Shown here in pieces: positions 1-14,300 of a DNA stretch of 64,000 nucleotides. Location of the stretch: positions 115,134,001 to 115,198,000 of the forward strand of contig NC_042997.1 in the NCBI RefSeq assembly GCF_006345805.1, read 5' to 3'. The notes under the pieces were generated by a model. The model was not told the DNA's origin. It saw only the letters and a program-made list of their open reading frames with translations, and made no database searches. Numbering within the stretch: position 1 is the stretch's first letter; the number at the start of each line of letters is the position of its first letter. The position numbers and the translations under genes were made by a program. Source of the DNA: Octopus sinensis. Lineage: Eukaryota.

Positions 1-2560
1 TTGAAGCAAGTACACTGTGCTGGATGTGCATTGTTAGTGTGCAGCAAGAGAGTACAGGTGAGATGAGAGACAAACCAGATATGGGAGGAGTTTTATGTAG
101 TGTGTAAGGGGAAACAACAACATTGGTATGGATGGTGACATGTGGGTAAACAAGTGCCACATGGTGACATGTAGGTAAACACAGACACAACACATGTCTT
201 GTGTTTACCCACAAGACATGTGGGTAAACAAGTGGATCTATGTGGAAGGAACCAGTGGAAAAATAAAAACCAAGAAGACATGGTCAAAAGTGGTGAAGAC
301 TGATCTCAGGATGTTGATCTCCATAGCTCAATATCATCACTGTTTAGCATCTGTTTTCCATGCTGGCATGGGTTGGAAGCTCTGACAGGAGCTGGTGAGC
401 TAGAGAATAGAATCAAGCTCCAGTGTCTGCTTTGGCGTAGTTTATACAGGTGGATGCCCTTTGTAATGTCGACCACAGTGTATATTGAGTGCTTTTTATG
501 TGGCGCCAGCACCAGTGAGGTCACCATGTAATTTGCAAGAGAACAAGACCCCTCAACTGAGGGGTGTAGTATTGAGGGAGGTGGCTTTATGCCAGGTGAT
601 GAGAGGTAAAACTACGATAAAGTGTCAGGAACAGGTATCCTGTCGTAGAGGAGACACATGGCTACCTCAGAAGAGAGAGATGATGATGGTGAAGATGCAA
701 CCTCAAGTGACAGGAAGTTGAATAAAGAGAAGTGATAGAGAAGATTAAACAGGGTTAATGACTAAGGAGATAACAAAAGAATGCAACAAATAGTATGGCG
801 ATATGTTGAAAAGGATTTATCCAACCCATGCAAACATGGAAAAGCAGACATAAAACTGATGAGAAGCAGGCTAATATGATGTGTTTCATGTAGTTTCTTT
901 CTGCAAAATTTCATTCTTAATGTATTGGTGAACTTATGGCTACAATAGAAGACATTTGTCCAAGATATCATGCAGTGGGATTGAACCTGGATCCCTATGG
1001 TTGTAGATCAAACTTGCTAACCACACAGCTATGTCTGTGCCTTATATCTATTTCATATCCCTCGTTAAGATATTATCACTGTCAGCTGTTCTGTACACCC
1101 GAGAGTCCTGTTATCGTGTTTCATTCTGGATGTGACAGTCTGCTGTTTATCTGATCAAGCTGTGAAAACAGCAACACCAAAACACATGGAAGAATTTGGT
1201 GGGGTTTAAATGTTTTTTTTTAAATGGTCTCAGTCTGTGAACTGTGGTTTTTAGGGAGCATAATCTGGATTTTTTAAGTAATAACGGACACACACACACA
1301 CAAACAAAAAAACAATCTTTCTCTTAGCAATTATTGCTCATTAAGTTGCTGTTGTTATTTAACCACAGGTCAGTCCTGGAAGACAAGGCATTCAAATATA
1401 AACGTTTTGTCTTTCTGGAAAGCACATGAACAAAAACTAGAGTGGTTAGCAGATTCTTGGTAGATGGACGGCCTGCTGTGCTTACCTTGGATCGTAGGGC
1501 GACCTGCTGTGCTTGAGGAGACCTATTGAGTCAAGTACATCAACATCAAAAAATCAAATGGAAATTGTAGTTGCGATGCCTGTGTCGGTGGCACGTAAAA
1601 AGCACCATCCGAACATGGCCGATGCCAGCGCCGCCTTGACTGGCGATGATGATGATGAGATATGTCGCGTGTGTGTGCGAAAAGCAATGTGCTGGAGTAA
1701 GTGTCTATGCATATGTGTGTGCGTATGCATATATATGCATCTCACTGATGTATGTGTGTATATATGCATATATTCATGCACATATGGGCATATACGTGCT
1801 GGTGGCCTGTAAAAAGCACCATTCAAGTGTGTCCAATGCCAGTGCTACCTGACTAGCACCTGTGTCAGTGACACGTAAAAAGCACCATTCAAACATGGTT
1901 GATGCCAGTGCTGCCTCACTGGCTCCTGTGCCTGCAGCATGTAAAAAGCACCCACTACACTCTCAGAGTGGTTGGTGTTAGGAAGGGCATCCAGCTGTAG
2001 AAACTTTACTAAATCATCAGACTGGAGCCTGATGCAGCCTGCCAGCTTGCTAGCCCTCAGTCAAACTGTCCAACCCATGCCAGCATGGAAAGCAGATGTT
2101 AAACGCTGATGATGTATGTATATATGTGTGTGTGTTTATAAATGTATGTATGTAAAAAAGCACGTTTACATCTATATGTGTGCATGTTTATAGATCTCAC
2201 AGTATTGACCAGACTGTCAGATGCCGTTATACACCACTGGTCACAATACGCTTCCAATTCTGTCTTGCTTGTGCCATTCTTTTCCATTTTGATCCAAACT
2301 GCTTAACTAAATCATCTTCCCATTGTCTTTGAGGCCTTCCAAGTGGCCCTTTTCTCTTCTCTTGAATATCACTCAGGCAACTGCACAGGTTCACCCGTTT
2401 GTCTCTGAACCTTACAACATGTCCATTCCAGTGGAACTTGTGCTTTCGGTATTCTGCAGTCACGTTGTTCATTTCTCTCCATTCTTTAATTATCTTATTT
2501 CAAATGTCGTCTCTCTCTATATATATATAAATAATCTGTTTCTTTATTTCCCTATTTCAG

Positions 2561-2674
2561 GAGAAGGGTCTGATGTAATTACAAAAAGAACATTTGCTGA
2601 TCTTCATAGAAATGTGGCCCTGTACGCTTCTGCCATGAAACACATGGGTGTCGTTAAGGGAGACCGAGTCGTGG
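2561..2674 (+). CDS. AACS: AACS exon ([38 protein letters not shown])
   Basis: tttcag acceptor, gtaagc donor, phase 1/1. Confidence 0.95.
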
Positions 2675-5600
2675 GTAAGCATTCTTTTATTGCTTCAGTT
2701 TTTTGTGGGAGTTACTTTTTTTTTTGGCAGGGGTTCTTTTTTTCAAAATAGCATTAAATAAACAACTGCTTCATTAAAGAACCATTTGATAACACACAAA
2801 GCTGAAATAAATTTAGATTTAAAGTGAATTTTATGGTTTTATGAGTTGTTAAATAGCTCTTTCATGATGTTATGATGTTACTAGTATCATACAATATTAA
2901 GACTTATGGAATAAACACACATACACACACACACAAGCATTATCATCATCATTTAACATCCGTTTTCCACGCTGGCATGGGTTGGACAGTTCAACTGAGG
3001 TCTGGGAAGCCAGAAGGCTGCACCAGGCTCCAGTCTAATCTGGCAGTGTTTCTACAGCTGGATGTCCTTCCTAACATCAACCACTCTGAGAATGTAGTGG
3101 GTGCTTTTTACATGCCACCAGCACAAGGGGCCAGAGGAGCTGGCATCAACTATGATCAGATGGTGCTTTTTATGTACCACTGGCATGGAAGCCAGTCAAG
3201 ACAGCACTGGCATACTTAGGTATGCAATCTCCGGGCATACCAGCTCATGATTTTGCAAGCCATGAGCATATAAGTCATTGGATTGGCTAGCTAACTCACC
3301 TTCAACCCAAGTGGGCAGATGGTGTTAATAAACCCCAGAAATGGCGAAACAGCAATGTCCATCACTCCCAAATGGGATTGAGAGTGAGTATCTCGCCTGT
3401 CTTAAGGTGCTTTAACACCAGTGACTTAAGAGTTATATACCCTGCTATGTCATTGCAAACAGTGTAATATGCAAACACATAGACACACTCACACACACAT
3501 ACCAAACACAGAAACACACACAAATACAGACGTAAGTGCATGTGCAGATAGGGATACATTCTACAGAAAGACAAGATAGACTAGAGACAGAGAGAAGATG
3601 AGACACAAAGAGCAGAGAGTCATTGAGGAGGTCACAGAATGTGTGACGAAAGAACTCTGACAAATTAACCAATGATAATAATTTTAAAAAAAGCTAAAGT
3701 GAAGATCAAATAAATAGTGCATGTGTCTATTGGCAAAATGACCAACCCCGAACATAACATGTTTCAACACACAATTTCACATCAAGAATCTTGCAAAACA
3801 AATACATAGACATATTGTTTAAAGCTTCTCCTTGAAGTGCATGGTCTTAATTGTACGGTCTTAATTGTAAGGTCTTGGTTGTACAGTCTTGGTTGTACGG
3901 TCTTAATTGTAAGGTCTTGGTTGTACAGTCTTGGTTGTACGGTCTTAGTTGCATGGTCTTGGTTGTACGGTCATGATTGTATGGTCATGGTTGTACGGTC
4001 CTGGTTGTATGGGCCTGATTGTACGATCCTGGTTGTACAAGTCTTGGTTGTACGGTCATGATTGTACTGTCATGGTTGTACGGTCCTGGTTGTATGGGCC
4101 TGATTGTACGATCCTGGTTGTACAGTCTTGGTTACATGGTCCTGGTTGTATAGTCTTGGTTGTACGGTCCTGGTTGCATGGTCCTGGTTGTACAGTCCTA
4201 GTTGCACGGTCCTGATTGCACGGTCTTGACTGCACGGTCTTGATTGTACGTTGATATGACTGAATTAGCCATCTGTCTATGACATGACATATTTTGTAAA
4301 GCCCAGCTGTTTTCCAACTTTACTTCTTTTTCTCTGCAGGTTATTTACCAAACTGTTGTGAAGCTGTCGAGGCAATGCTTGCTGCAGCCAGTATTGGTGC
4401 AATTTGGAGTTCTACATCACCTGATTTTGGAACTGAGGCAAGAAATCCTTTAGCTGTTTCACTTTTCCACAGATATCACTTCTCCTTATGTAAGGGGGAG
4501 TCATTATTGGCTCTCCTATTGGATATGTGTGTGTATATGTGTATATCAGTGCTTCATCATCCGCTAGTGTTTTAAATCTGGGTTTTGTCCCCGTTAACTG
4601 GGGTGGCTGGATCTACCTCAATGCCATAGTATTGAGCTAGTACTTATTATTTCTTTTTAAATCTGGTACTTATTTTTATCAGTTTTCTTTAACCAAGCTG
4701 CTAAGTCATAAGGATGTAAACACACAAATATCTGTTAAGTGGTGGTGGGGTCAAACACACACACACACACATATGGCAGGCTTCTTTCAGTTTCCGTCTA
4801 CCAAATCCACTCACAAGGCTTTCGTCAGCCTAATGCTATAGTAGGTGGCATGCAGTGGGACTGAACCCAGAACCATGTGGTTGGGAAGCAAACTTCTGAC
4901 CACACCTTAGCAATATTCCACTGCAAAAATACTAGAAAGCACCTTTCCGCAGCAGCTGAATTCCTCATCTACCTTTCCTTTACCACTTCCTTTCTATTTG
5001 TCCAGGTCCATTCCTTTTTCTGTTCCTGTCTAATCCTTTATTCTCCCCCTGTGCTCCGGGATCATGGGGGCATGGTTCATCATGCTTACTTGTTGTAGCT
5101 TTACCCCGGATCAGGCTGCAGGTTCGTTTGATCCTTCATTATTCTGTCATACTGTCAAGCATCTCTCCGCTTTGTCAGCAAGTCTTTCCCTGCAGTCAGT
5201 ATCTGAGGAATTCCAAGCACGTTTCATGGTTCGCTTCCTCAACAGCTCCTTTATAGGATCCAGTGACTAACGACATCATTAATATGTATGTCTAATTTAT
5301 TCTAATTCAACAGGGAGGGAAGTAAGATGGTGCCAATTCTTTTTTCTTTCTTTTATTCTTTTACTTGTTTATTTGACTGTAACCATGCTGGAGCACTGCC
5401 TTTAGTCGAACAAATTGACTCCAGGACTTATTCTTTGTAAGCCTAGTACTTATTCTATCGGTCTCTTTTTGCCGAACCGCTAGTGTTACGGGGACATAAA
5501 CACACCAGCATTGATTGTCAAGCGATGTTTTGGGGACAAACAGAGACACACAAACATATACACACACATACATATATACGACAGGCTTCTTTTAGTTTCC

Positions 5601-6840
5601 ATATGCCAAATCCACTCACAAGGCTTTGGTCAGCCTGAGGCAAACTGGCAGAACCGTTAGCACGCCGGATGAAATGCTTTGCCGTATTTCGTCTGCCGTC
5701 ACGTTCTGAGTTCAAATTGCGCCGAGGTCGACTTTGCCTTTCATCCTTTCGGAGTCGATTAAATAAGTACCAGTTACGCACTGGGGTCGATATAATTGAC
5801 TTAATCTGTTTGTTTGTCCTCTCTGTGTTTAGCCCCTTGTGGGTAATAAAGAAATATATAGTAGAAGACACTTGCCCGTGGTGTAGAAGACATTATAAGT
5901 GTCTATAGTAGAAGACACTTGCCAAGGTACCATGCAGTGGGACTGAACCCAGAACCATATGGTTGGTAAGCAAGCTACTTACCACACAGCCACTCCTGCG
6001 CCAATGAAGAATTTCATTTCAAAACCTTTCCCTTTATTCTCTTTTTTTTCTATAGGGTGTTCTTGAAAGATTCTCACAAATTGAACCAAAGCTTCTGTTT
6101 ACCGTGAATGCTGTGTTTTACAATAATAAAGTCCACGACCATTTGAACAAGGTCAAGAAAGTTGTTCAAGGTAGGAATATTTACTTCATTTTAATTTTCT
6201 AAATATCATTATTACCTCCACCTTAGCAAAGGCGGAGGTATTGTTTTCATTCATGTTTGTTTGTCCATGGACAAGATATCTAAAGAACCACTGGATAGAT
6301 TTGGATGAAACTTTCAGAGATGTTTGGCCTCATGACTGACACAAACAGATTAGATTTTGAGATCGATCTGGATTATTTTTCTGGTTTTCTTTCTTAATTT
6401 TTGAGAGCGGTTGGGTTCATTTTCACTGTTCTTATTTGTTATAGCAGTGGAGTTTATTTCAGATACTTTCATTTTAAATATCATCTCCGGCTAATCAATG
6501 AGAGGACATTGGTGTTGCCTTGGTGGATGTTTGCCCTCTCTGAGTGCTCTTATTTCTTTACTGCCCACAAGGGACTAAACACAGAGGGGACAAACAAGGA
6601 CAGACAAATGGATTAAGTCGATTACATCGACCCCAGTGTGTATCTAGTACTTATTCAATCGACCCCAAAGAGATGAAAGGTAAAGTTGACCTCGGCGGAA
6701 TTTGAACTCAGAACGTAGCGGCAGACGAAATACTGCTAAGCATTTCACCCGGCATGCTAACGTTTCTGCCAGCACGCCACCTTGAGTGTTCTTGAGTGCT
6801 CTTGTTATTATTATTATTATTATTAATAGTATTATTATTA

Positions 6841-6922
<82 letters not shown>

Positions 6923-8632
6923 GGCAGCAGGCTGGCAGAATCATTAGCATGCTGGACAAAATGCTTAGCGACATTTCATCCATCTTTATGTTCTGAGTTC
7001 AAATTCCACCAAGGTTGACTTTGCCTTTCATTTTTTGGGGTCAATAAAATAAGTACCAGTTGAAAAAACTGGGGTCACTATAACTGACTTATTCCCTCCC
7101 CCTAAACTGCTGGCCTTGTGCTAGAATTTGAAACCAATATTTTTAAGGTGATGAGCTAGAAGAATTGTTAGCTGGGCAAAATGCTAAGTGGAATTTCATC
7201 TGTCTTTATGCTTATCATCATCATCATCATTTAATGTCTATCGTCTGTGCTCACATGGGTTGGATGGTTTGACAGGAGCTGGCATGGCCAGGAGCCAACC
7301 CAGGCATGGTTTCTATGCTCTTCCTAATGCCAACCACTTTACTGAGTGTACTGGGTTCTTTAGACATGGCACCATCACCCGTGCTTTGGACATGGCACCA
7401 CCACCCATGCTTTTTATATGGCACCATCATACATGCTTTAGATATGGCACTGTCACCTGTGTTTTTGACATGGTACCACCACCCATGCTTTTTACATGGT
7501 ACCATCACCTGTGCTTTTGACATGGCACCATTCTCACTGCTTTTTACATGGTACCATCACATGCTTTTTATGTGGTGAAGTATGGAATGCTTCACAAATG
7601 TGCGTGTCCTCCTTGCACCGGGTCACGCTAATCATCTCTGTATCATTCCAATTTTAGAGATATGATATATATATAACTCTTCCAATAGCTGTCAATATCA
7701 GTGAGTCACCTTCAATAGATTTTATCAAACTTTCCTGATTCGTTATTTTTAGTCTTTTTGTCTGATAAGTATTTCACTATTTTTATTGATTAATAAATAC
7801 TATTTAACTGTTTCGGTGCCAAACGTGTGTGTACGTGACTGTCTACATGTGTGTGTCTGTATGAGGATGTTTGTTTATTCTTTTATTCTTTTCCTGGTTT
7901 CAACCAGAAGTCGAGGCCATGCTGGAGCACCACCTTTCCATGTGATTGGTTTTCTTTCTTGTATTGTTTCTGGTGAAGTAGCGAGTCAGACACAGTTGCT
8001 CTTCTTTGTGTCTCCTGGGTATATATATATATATATATACATATATATAATATGACATCATCATCATCATCCAGCCATAGAAAATCTGCCTCAACACACA
8101 GTAAAAATTTGGTTGTATTCCATTGTTTTCACTCCATAATTTCTAATTTGTAGTGGTTTTCTAAAACATGCATACATCATCATCATCATCATCATCATTG
8201 TCATTTAACGTCTGTTTTCCATGCTAGCATGGGTTGGATGGAAATGCACACGCATATGTATATTCTTTTATACACTGGCAAAATACATAATATTTATCTT
8301 ATTCATTCTTATTCAGGGTGCAGCAGAAAGGTTTTTCCCAATTTCAAAGGTTAATAAAACACAAACACATGAAGATGCATGAAAAAAACTTTGTATTTCT
8401 ATGAAGTTCATTAAATACTCTTTTACTCTTTTACTTGTTTCAGTCATTTGACTGCGGCCATGCTGGAGCACCGCCTTTAGTCGAGCAAATCGACCCCGGG
8501 ACTTATTCTTTGTAAGCCCAGTGCTTATTCTATCGGTCTCTTTTGCCGAACCGCTAAGTGACGGGGACGTAAACACACCAGCATCGGTTGTCAAGCAATG
8601 CTAGGGGGACAAACACAGACACACAAACACAC

Positions 8633-8669
<37 letters not shown>

Positions 8670-11299
8670 CGACAGGCTTCTTTCAGTTTCCGCCTACCAA
8701 ATCCACTCACAAGGCATTGGTCGGCCCGGGGCTATAACAGAAGACACTTGCCCAAGATGCCACGCAGTGGGACTGAACCCGAAACCATGTGGTTGGTTAG
8801 CAAGCTGCTTACCACACAGCCACTCCTGCGCCTATATATTTTTTTTTTTTTTCTGTTTTGGGTAGTACCCACTATGGTCTGTAGTGAAGAGTATCGTTTT
8901 TTTCTTGTATTTTTATGTATTTTGTTTTATATTAACCTTTGAAATTGGGGCAACCTTTCTGCCACACCCTGTATTTAGGTGTCATGCTACAAGTGATTCA
9001 AGAGAACAGTTCCAAGACAATTATTAAGCCTTATATATGTGTGTGTTTATGATCATATCACTTTGAAAACACCAGTTCTCGTCCGATCACCAAAGTTAAG
9101 CAAAGTCGAGCCTAGTTAGTACTTAGATGGGTGACCACTTGGGAAACCTAGGTGCTGTAAACATAAGATAGTGAAGGCGCATGGCTCAGTGGTTAGAGTG
9201 TTGCACTTACAATTGTGAAGTTGTGAGCTCGAATCCCTGACCGGGCTGCGTGTTGTGTTCTTGAGCAAGACACTTTATTTCACGTTGCCCCAGTTCACTC
9301 AGCTGTAGAAATGAGTTGCGACGTCACAGGTGCCAAGATGTATCAGCCCCTTTGCCTTTCCCTTGAATAACACTGGTGGCATGGAAAGGGGAGGCCAGTA
9401 TGCATGGGCGACTGCTGGTCTTCCATAAACAACCTTGCCCGAACTTGTGCCTGGGAGGGTAACTTTCTAAGTGCAATCCCATGGTCTGTGTCGTGACCGA
9501 AGGGGATCTCAGCATATATGTGTGTGTGTAAATGTATATTTGAGGTTACACATTAGGAACAGATTTTCTTTTAGCCATATTCCATTAAAAACCCAATTAT
9601 GTTCTACTTTTGTCAATTTTTAAAGATTTTTTTTCTATATTTTTCTATGAATTCCTATATGTTTGTTCAGAACAATGAAGTCCCTAAATCCTTCCACAAT
9701 ATTTCTAGACTTTCTCAGTTTCATCTACAGGATCAACTAATGCTGGCATGGATTGCTGCCCCTTTATATTAGGCAAAACTAATATATTTGCATAGATGTA
9801 TTTGCATTTTTAACTGTTAGGTTAACGTGTCATCAGATAAATGTTTACTTTTATTTATAAATATACAGACAACACACAAACACACATACACGCTTGCTCA
9901 CTCACTCTCACACATGGAGTGAGGTATCAGATGAGACAAAAGAAGTTAGGAGTGCATACGAAAGATAAGAGAACAGACACAACAGAAAGGTTACCGAATG
10001 AGTATGGAAGTATGTTTTGGGGTGGCGTTTAAAATCAGGTCTGTTATCTACTTCATATTATCTACAAGTTGTTCGCAGAAAAAAAATCACAAAAATGAAA
10101 TTAGTACATAATTGTCATCATCATCATCATAACCATCATCATCATCCACTGTTTTAATGTTCACTTTTGTTATGCGTGCATGAATCAAACAGAATTTGTT
10201 GAATCAGGTTTTTCTACAGCTCGATGCTCTTCCTGTCATTAACCCTCACTTGTTTCTGGCTTGAAAGTCATAACATGCCGGTGGGAAATAACATCACTCG
10301 GTGAGACAAGCTGACACTGAATTAGCTTCGCTCACTGACAGGTGACGGTCGTTTACAGAATGCGCGGACTAAGACTACGCGCCTTCATTGGTCAGTTATA
10401 GTTGAGACAGTATCACGTGACAACTTGCTGGGGCTGCCTGCTGGAACCTAGTGGCAGGTATTTAAAGGGAAAAAATTTGACAAGTGAGTCAGTCGCCGGC
10501 TGACACTTGTTGACAATACATCGAAGAGGCCAGGGAACAGAAGAAGAAAGAAGACATATACCCAACACCAGAGCTGAAGACGCCTCTGAAAGGGGGGGTG
10601 GCGTCAAAACGGTAAAGGAGTTGGGGCCGAAACCAGACGTGGTTCCTCCTGATGATGTCTTGAGCTAACTGGATCCTATAAAGGAGCTGTTGTGGTAGCA
10701 GACCACGAAACACGGTTGTAATTCCTCCTTTTCCTAATGGTCAGACATTGTTTTACACAGGAGATTGGAAGTGAATGACGTTGCTTGTATAATGAAGGGA
10801 ATGAAGTTAGGCATTTACAACAGCTGGGTGATACCAAGGACAAAGGTACACTCACTCACTCACTCACATGCTCTCACTCACACGCTCTCAATCACACACT
10901 CTCACTCTCACGCTCTCACTCACACGCTCTCAATCACACGCTCTCAATCACACGCTCTCAATCACACGCTCTCACTCACATGCTCTCGCTCACATGCACT
11001 CGCTCACATGCTCTCACTCACATGCCCTCGCTCACACGCTCTCACTCTCATGCTCTCACTCTCACGCTCTCATTCACACGCTCTCACTCACACACTCTCC
11101 CCTCTCGTTCACACACACATACATTTGTGTGTATGTGTATCATCATCATCATCATTTAACATCCATCTTCCATGCTGGTATGAGTTGGACAGTTTGACTG
11201 GAGCTGGCAAGCTGGAGAGGTGCACCAGGTTTTTGTGTTTGTTTTGGCATGGTTTTTACAGCTGGATGCCCTTCCTAACACCAACCACCCTGCAGAGTA

Positions 11300-11347
<48 letters not shown>

Positions 11348-14300
11348 TACATACACCATGTTAGACCAGATTCGCCATGTTGAGACCAGGCTCCAATCTG
11401 ATCTGGCAATGTTTCTACAGCTGGATGCCCTTCCTAACGCCAACCTCTCCAAGAGTGTAGTGTGTGCTTTTACGTGCTACCAGCACAGGAGCCAGTCGGG
11501 TCAGTGGGGGCTGCTGTCATCGACTACATTTGGATGGTGCTTTTTACATGCCACCAGCATGGGGAGCCAGTCAGGCAGCACTGGCAATCACCAACACATG
11601 AATGGTGCTTATATACACACACACACACAACTTCCATCTCCCAAATCCTCTCATAAGGCTTTCATCATCTTGGGGCTATAGTAAAAGACATCATAAAGGG
11701 AAAGTGTTTATTTTGAGGATACATCATCATCATCATCATCAACTGGTACATTTTCATCTGATTACATTTGAGTATATCATCGTCATTTTGTTACTTCCAC
11801 AGTCAATACTGACATCAGCTGGACAGGTCACTGCTCTCTTAGCTTAGTCAAGGGCCATGCATTTTTCTGGCCAGCAGCTCTTACTCTACCTACTAAGCTT
11901 TCAGAACACCTCCCCACAAACACACTGCTAATTGGGGGGGGGGGGGGGGGCTAGGTAACAGAAGCTGTCAATTACTTCTAGAGAGTTGGAAAGAGTCTGT
12001 TTCACCTGTCCCTTTATTAATAATTACCCCTGTGCACCTGCTGTATATAAAGTTTACCTTCAGTGTTAGCCTTACCATGATCCCACCATACTTCGTATAT
12101 ATTCTTGACATCACACATGAGCAGCCTTCGACTTTTGTCTATCCAAAAGGGGTTTTTTTGACCTAATATTTATATGCCATTATTTATAGCTTTATCTGCT
12201 TCAAGCTTCACCATTCTGAAGAAATATATATATATTTATTTTATTTTAGGTCTACCACATCTGAAGAAAGTAGTAATTATCCCATTTATCAAAGCCACAT
12301 TCTCAATCACTGATATCCCTCTCAGGTATGCCAACCTTTGACCTTGTTTTATTTTTATATTTTGTAATATTTTGACTGCCATCATCTCCTTCACAATAGT
12401 TTATCATCATCATCATCATCTTTTTATGTCCGCTTTCCATGCTGGCATGGGTTGGACGGTTTGACTGAAGACTGGCAAGCCAGGCAGCTGCACCAGGCTC
12501 CAATCTTGATCTGACAATGTTTCCACAGCTGGATGCCTTTCCTAACACAACCACTCCGAGAGTGTAGTGGGTGCCTTTTATGTGCCACTGGCATGGGGTA
12601 TACATTTACGAATTATTTAAATATAATAATTTACCCATTCAAACATAAATTGAAGTATTCTTATTTGCAAAAACGTTGTAGAAAACTTCTTAGCATTTTT
12701 TTTTTTGGTTTACTGGCCCAGTGGTTAGGGCAGCGGACTCGTGGTCGCAGGATCACGGTTCTGATTCCCAGACCGGGCATTGTGTGTGTTTATTGAACGA
12801 AAACATCTAAAAGCACTACAAGGCTCCAGCAGGGGGTGGGCGACCCCTGTTGCACTCTTTCGCCTCAACTTTCTCTCACTCTTTCTTCTTGTTTCTTGGG
12901 TAACGCTGCAATGGACTGGCATCCCGTCCAGCAGGGGGGAACACATACACCACAGAAACTGGGAAACTGGGCCCATGAGCCTGGCTAGGCTTGAAAAGGG
13001 CACGTAAATATAACTGTCTATCCTTAATTAAATATGGCAGCTCAAACTACATGAACAAATTGGAGCATTAACAAAAGCTGTGATAATGAATTAATGGATG
13101 TGAAAGTAATGGGTGGCCATTTTGAATTGTAAATATAGGTAAAATATTGCCAAAAAATATAACGATCAACATGTAAACTTTCATTAACCAAAACCTAAAA
13201 CTTTTATTTTATGATAAAATGAAGAATGGAAAATATATGTACCACACCTGGTTAGTGTACTGTAATTGACGTGATTTGTGGCAAAGGTATTTTATGCTGA
13301 AATATCATGTAGATGAAAATCTGTTTACAATAAAATGTAATTGGTTTTAGGAAGGTGAGCACTTGGCTGTAGAAGCCATGCCAAAAGGGGACACTGAAAA
13401 ATGATTTGGTCTTTGGATCCATCAGATCCTGTCAAACAGACCAGACCAATCCACACCAGCATGGAACATGGACATTAAATGATGATTGTGTTGATGATGT
13501 TGATTTAACAAACAATGCACCAAATGACATTTTTTTGAGCGAGGTCGTCACCAGCGGCACTGGCAATGACCTCGCTCAAATGTCTAAAAAACATTCGAGT
13601 GAGGTTGTTGCCAGTGCCGCTGGGCTGGCTCCTGTGCAGGTGGCACTCAAAAAGCACCATTTGAGCATGGCCATTGCCAGTACCGCCTGACTAGCCTTCG
13701 CACCGGTGACATGTCAAAGCACCCACTACACTCTTGGAGTGGTTGGCGTTAGGAAGGGCATCCAGCTGTAGAGACTCTGCCAGATCAGATTGGAGCCTGT
13801 TGCAGCCATCTGGTTTGCCAGATCTCAGTCAAATCGTCCAACCCATGCCACCATGGAAAGTAGACGTTAAACGATGATGATGATGATTCACTATTTTATT
13901 CAAAATTTAAATCACAAGGGGATTCTATGTAATTCTCTAACATTTTAAAAATATTCAGCAAAACATTAAAATAATCCTGTCTAATGCAAAACGCGCAAGA
14001 GTGACTGTGTGGTAAATAGCTTGCTTACCAACCACATAGTTCCGGGTTCAGTCCCATTGCATGGCACCTTGGGCAAGTGTCTTCTACTGTAGCCTTGGGC
14101 TGACCAAAGTCCTGTGAGTGGATTTGGTAGATGGAAACTGAAAGAGGCCCGTCATATATATATATTTTACATGGTGCCAGCATGGGTGCATTTTATGTGG
14201 TATTGGCATGAAAGTTTTACACATGGCGCTGGCAGGAGTGTTTTCTACATGGCACAGGCACGGAAATACTCTGCCCAAATGCCTTCATTCTATGCAACGA

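Noticed and set aside
135-240. Short direct and inverted ACATGTGGGTAAACAAG repeats
   Set aside because: Too short and degenerate to assign to an element
1-2560. Searched for upstream AACS exons
   Set aside because: No AG/GT-bounded segment encoding AACS N-terminal motifs found; the candidate acceptor near 1368 gives stops or unrelated peptides
10765-11364. 199-aa His/Ser/Leu/Thr-rich ORF
   Set aside because: CA/CT tandem repeat read-through
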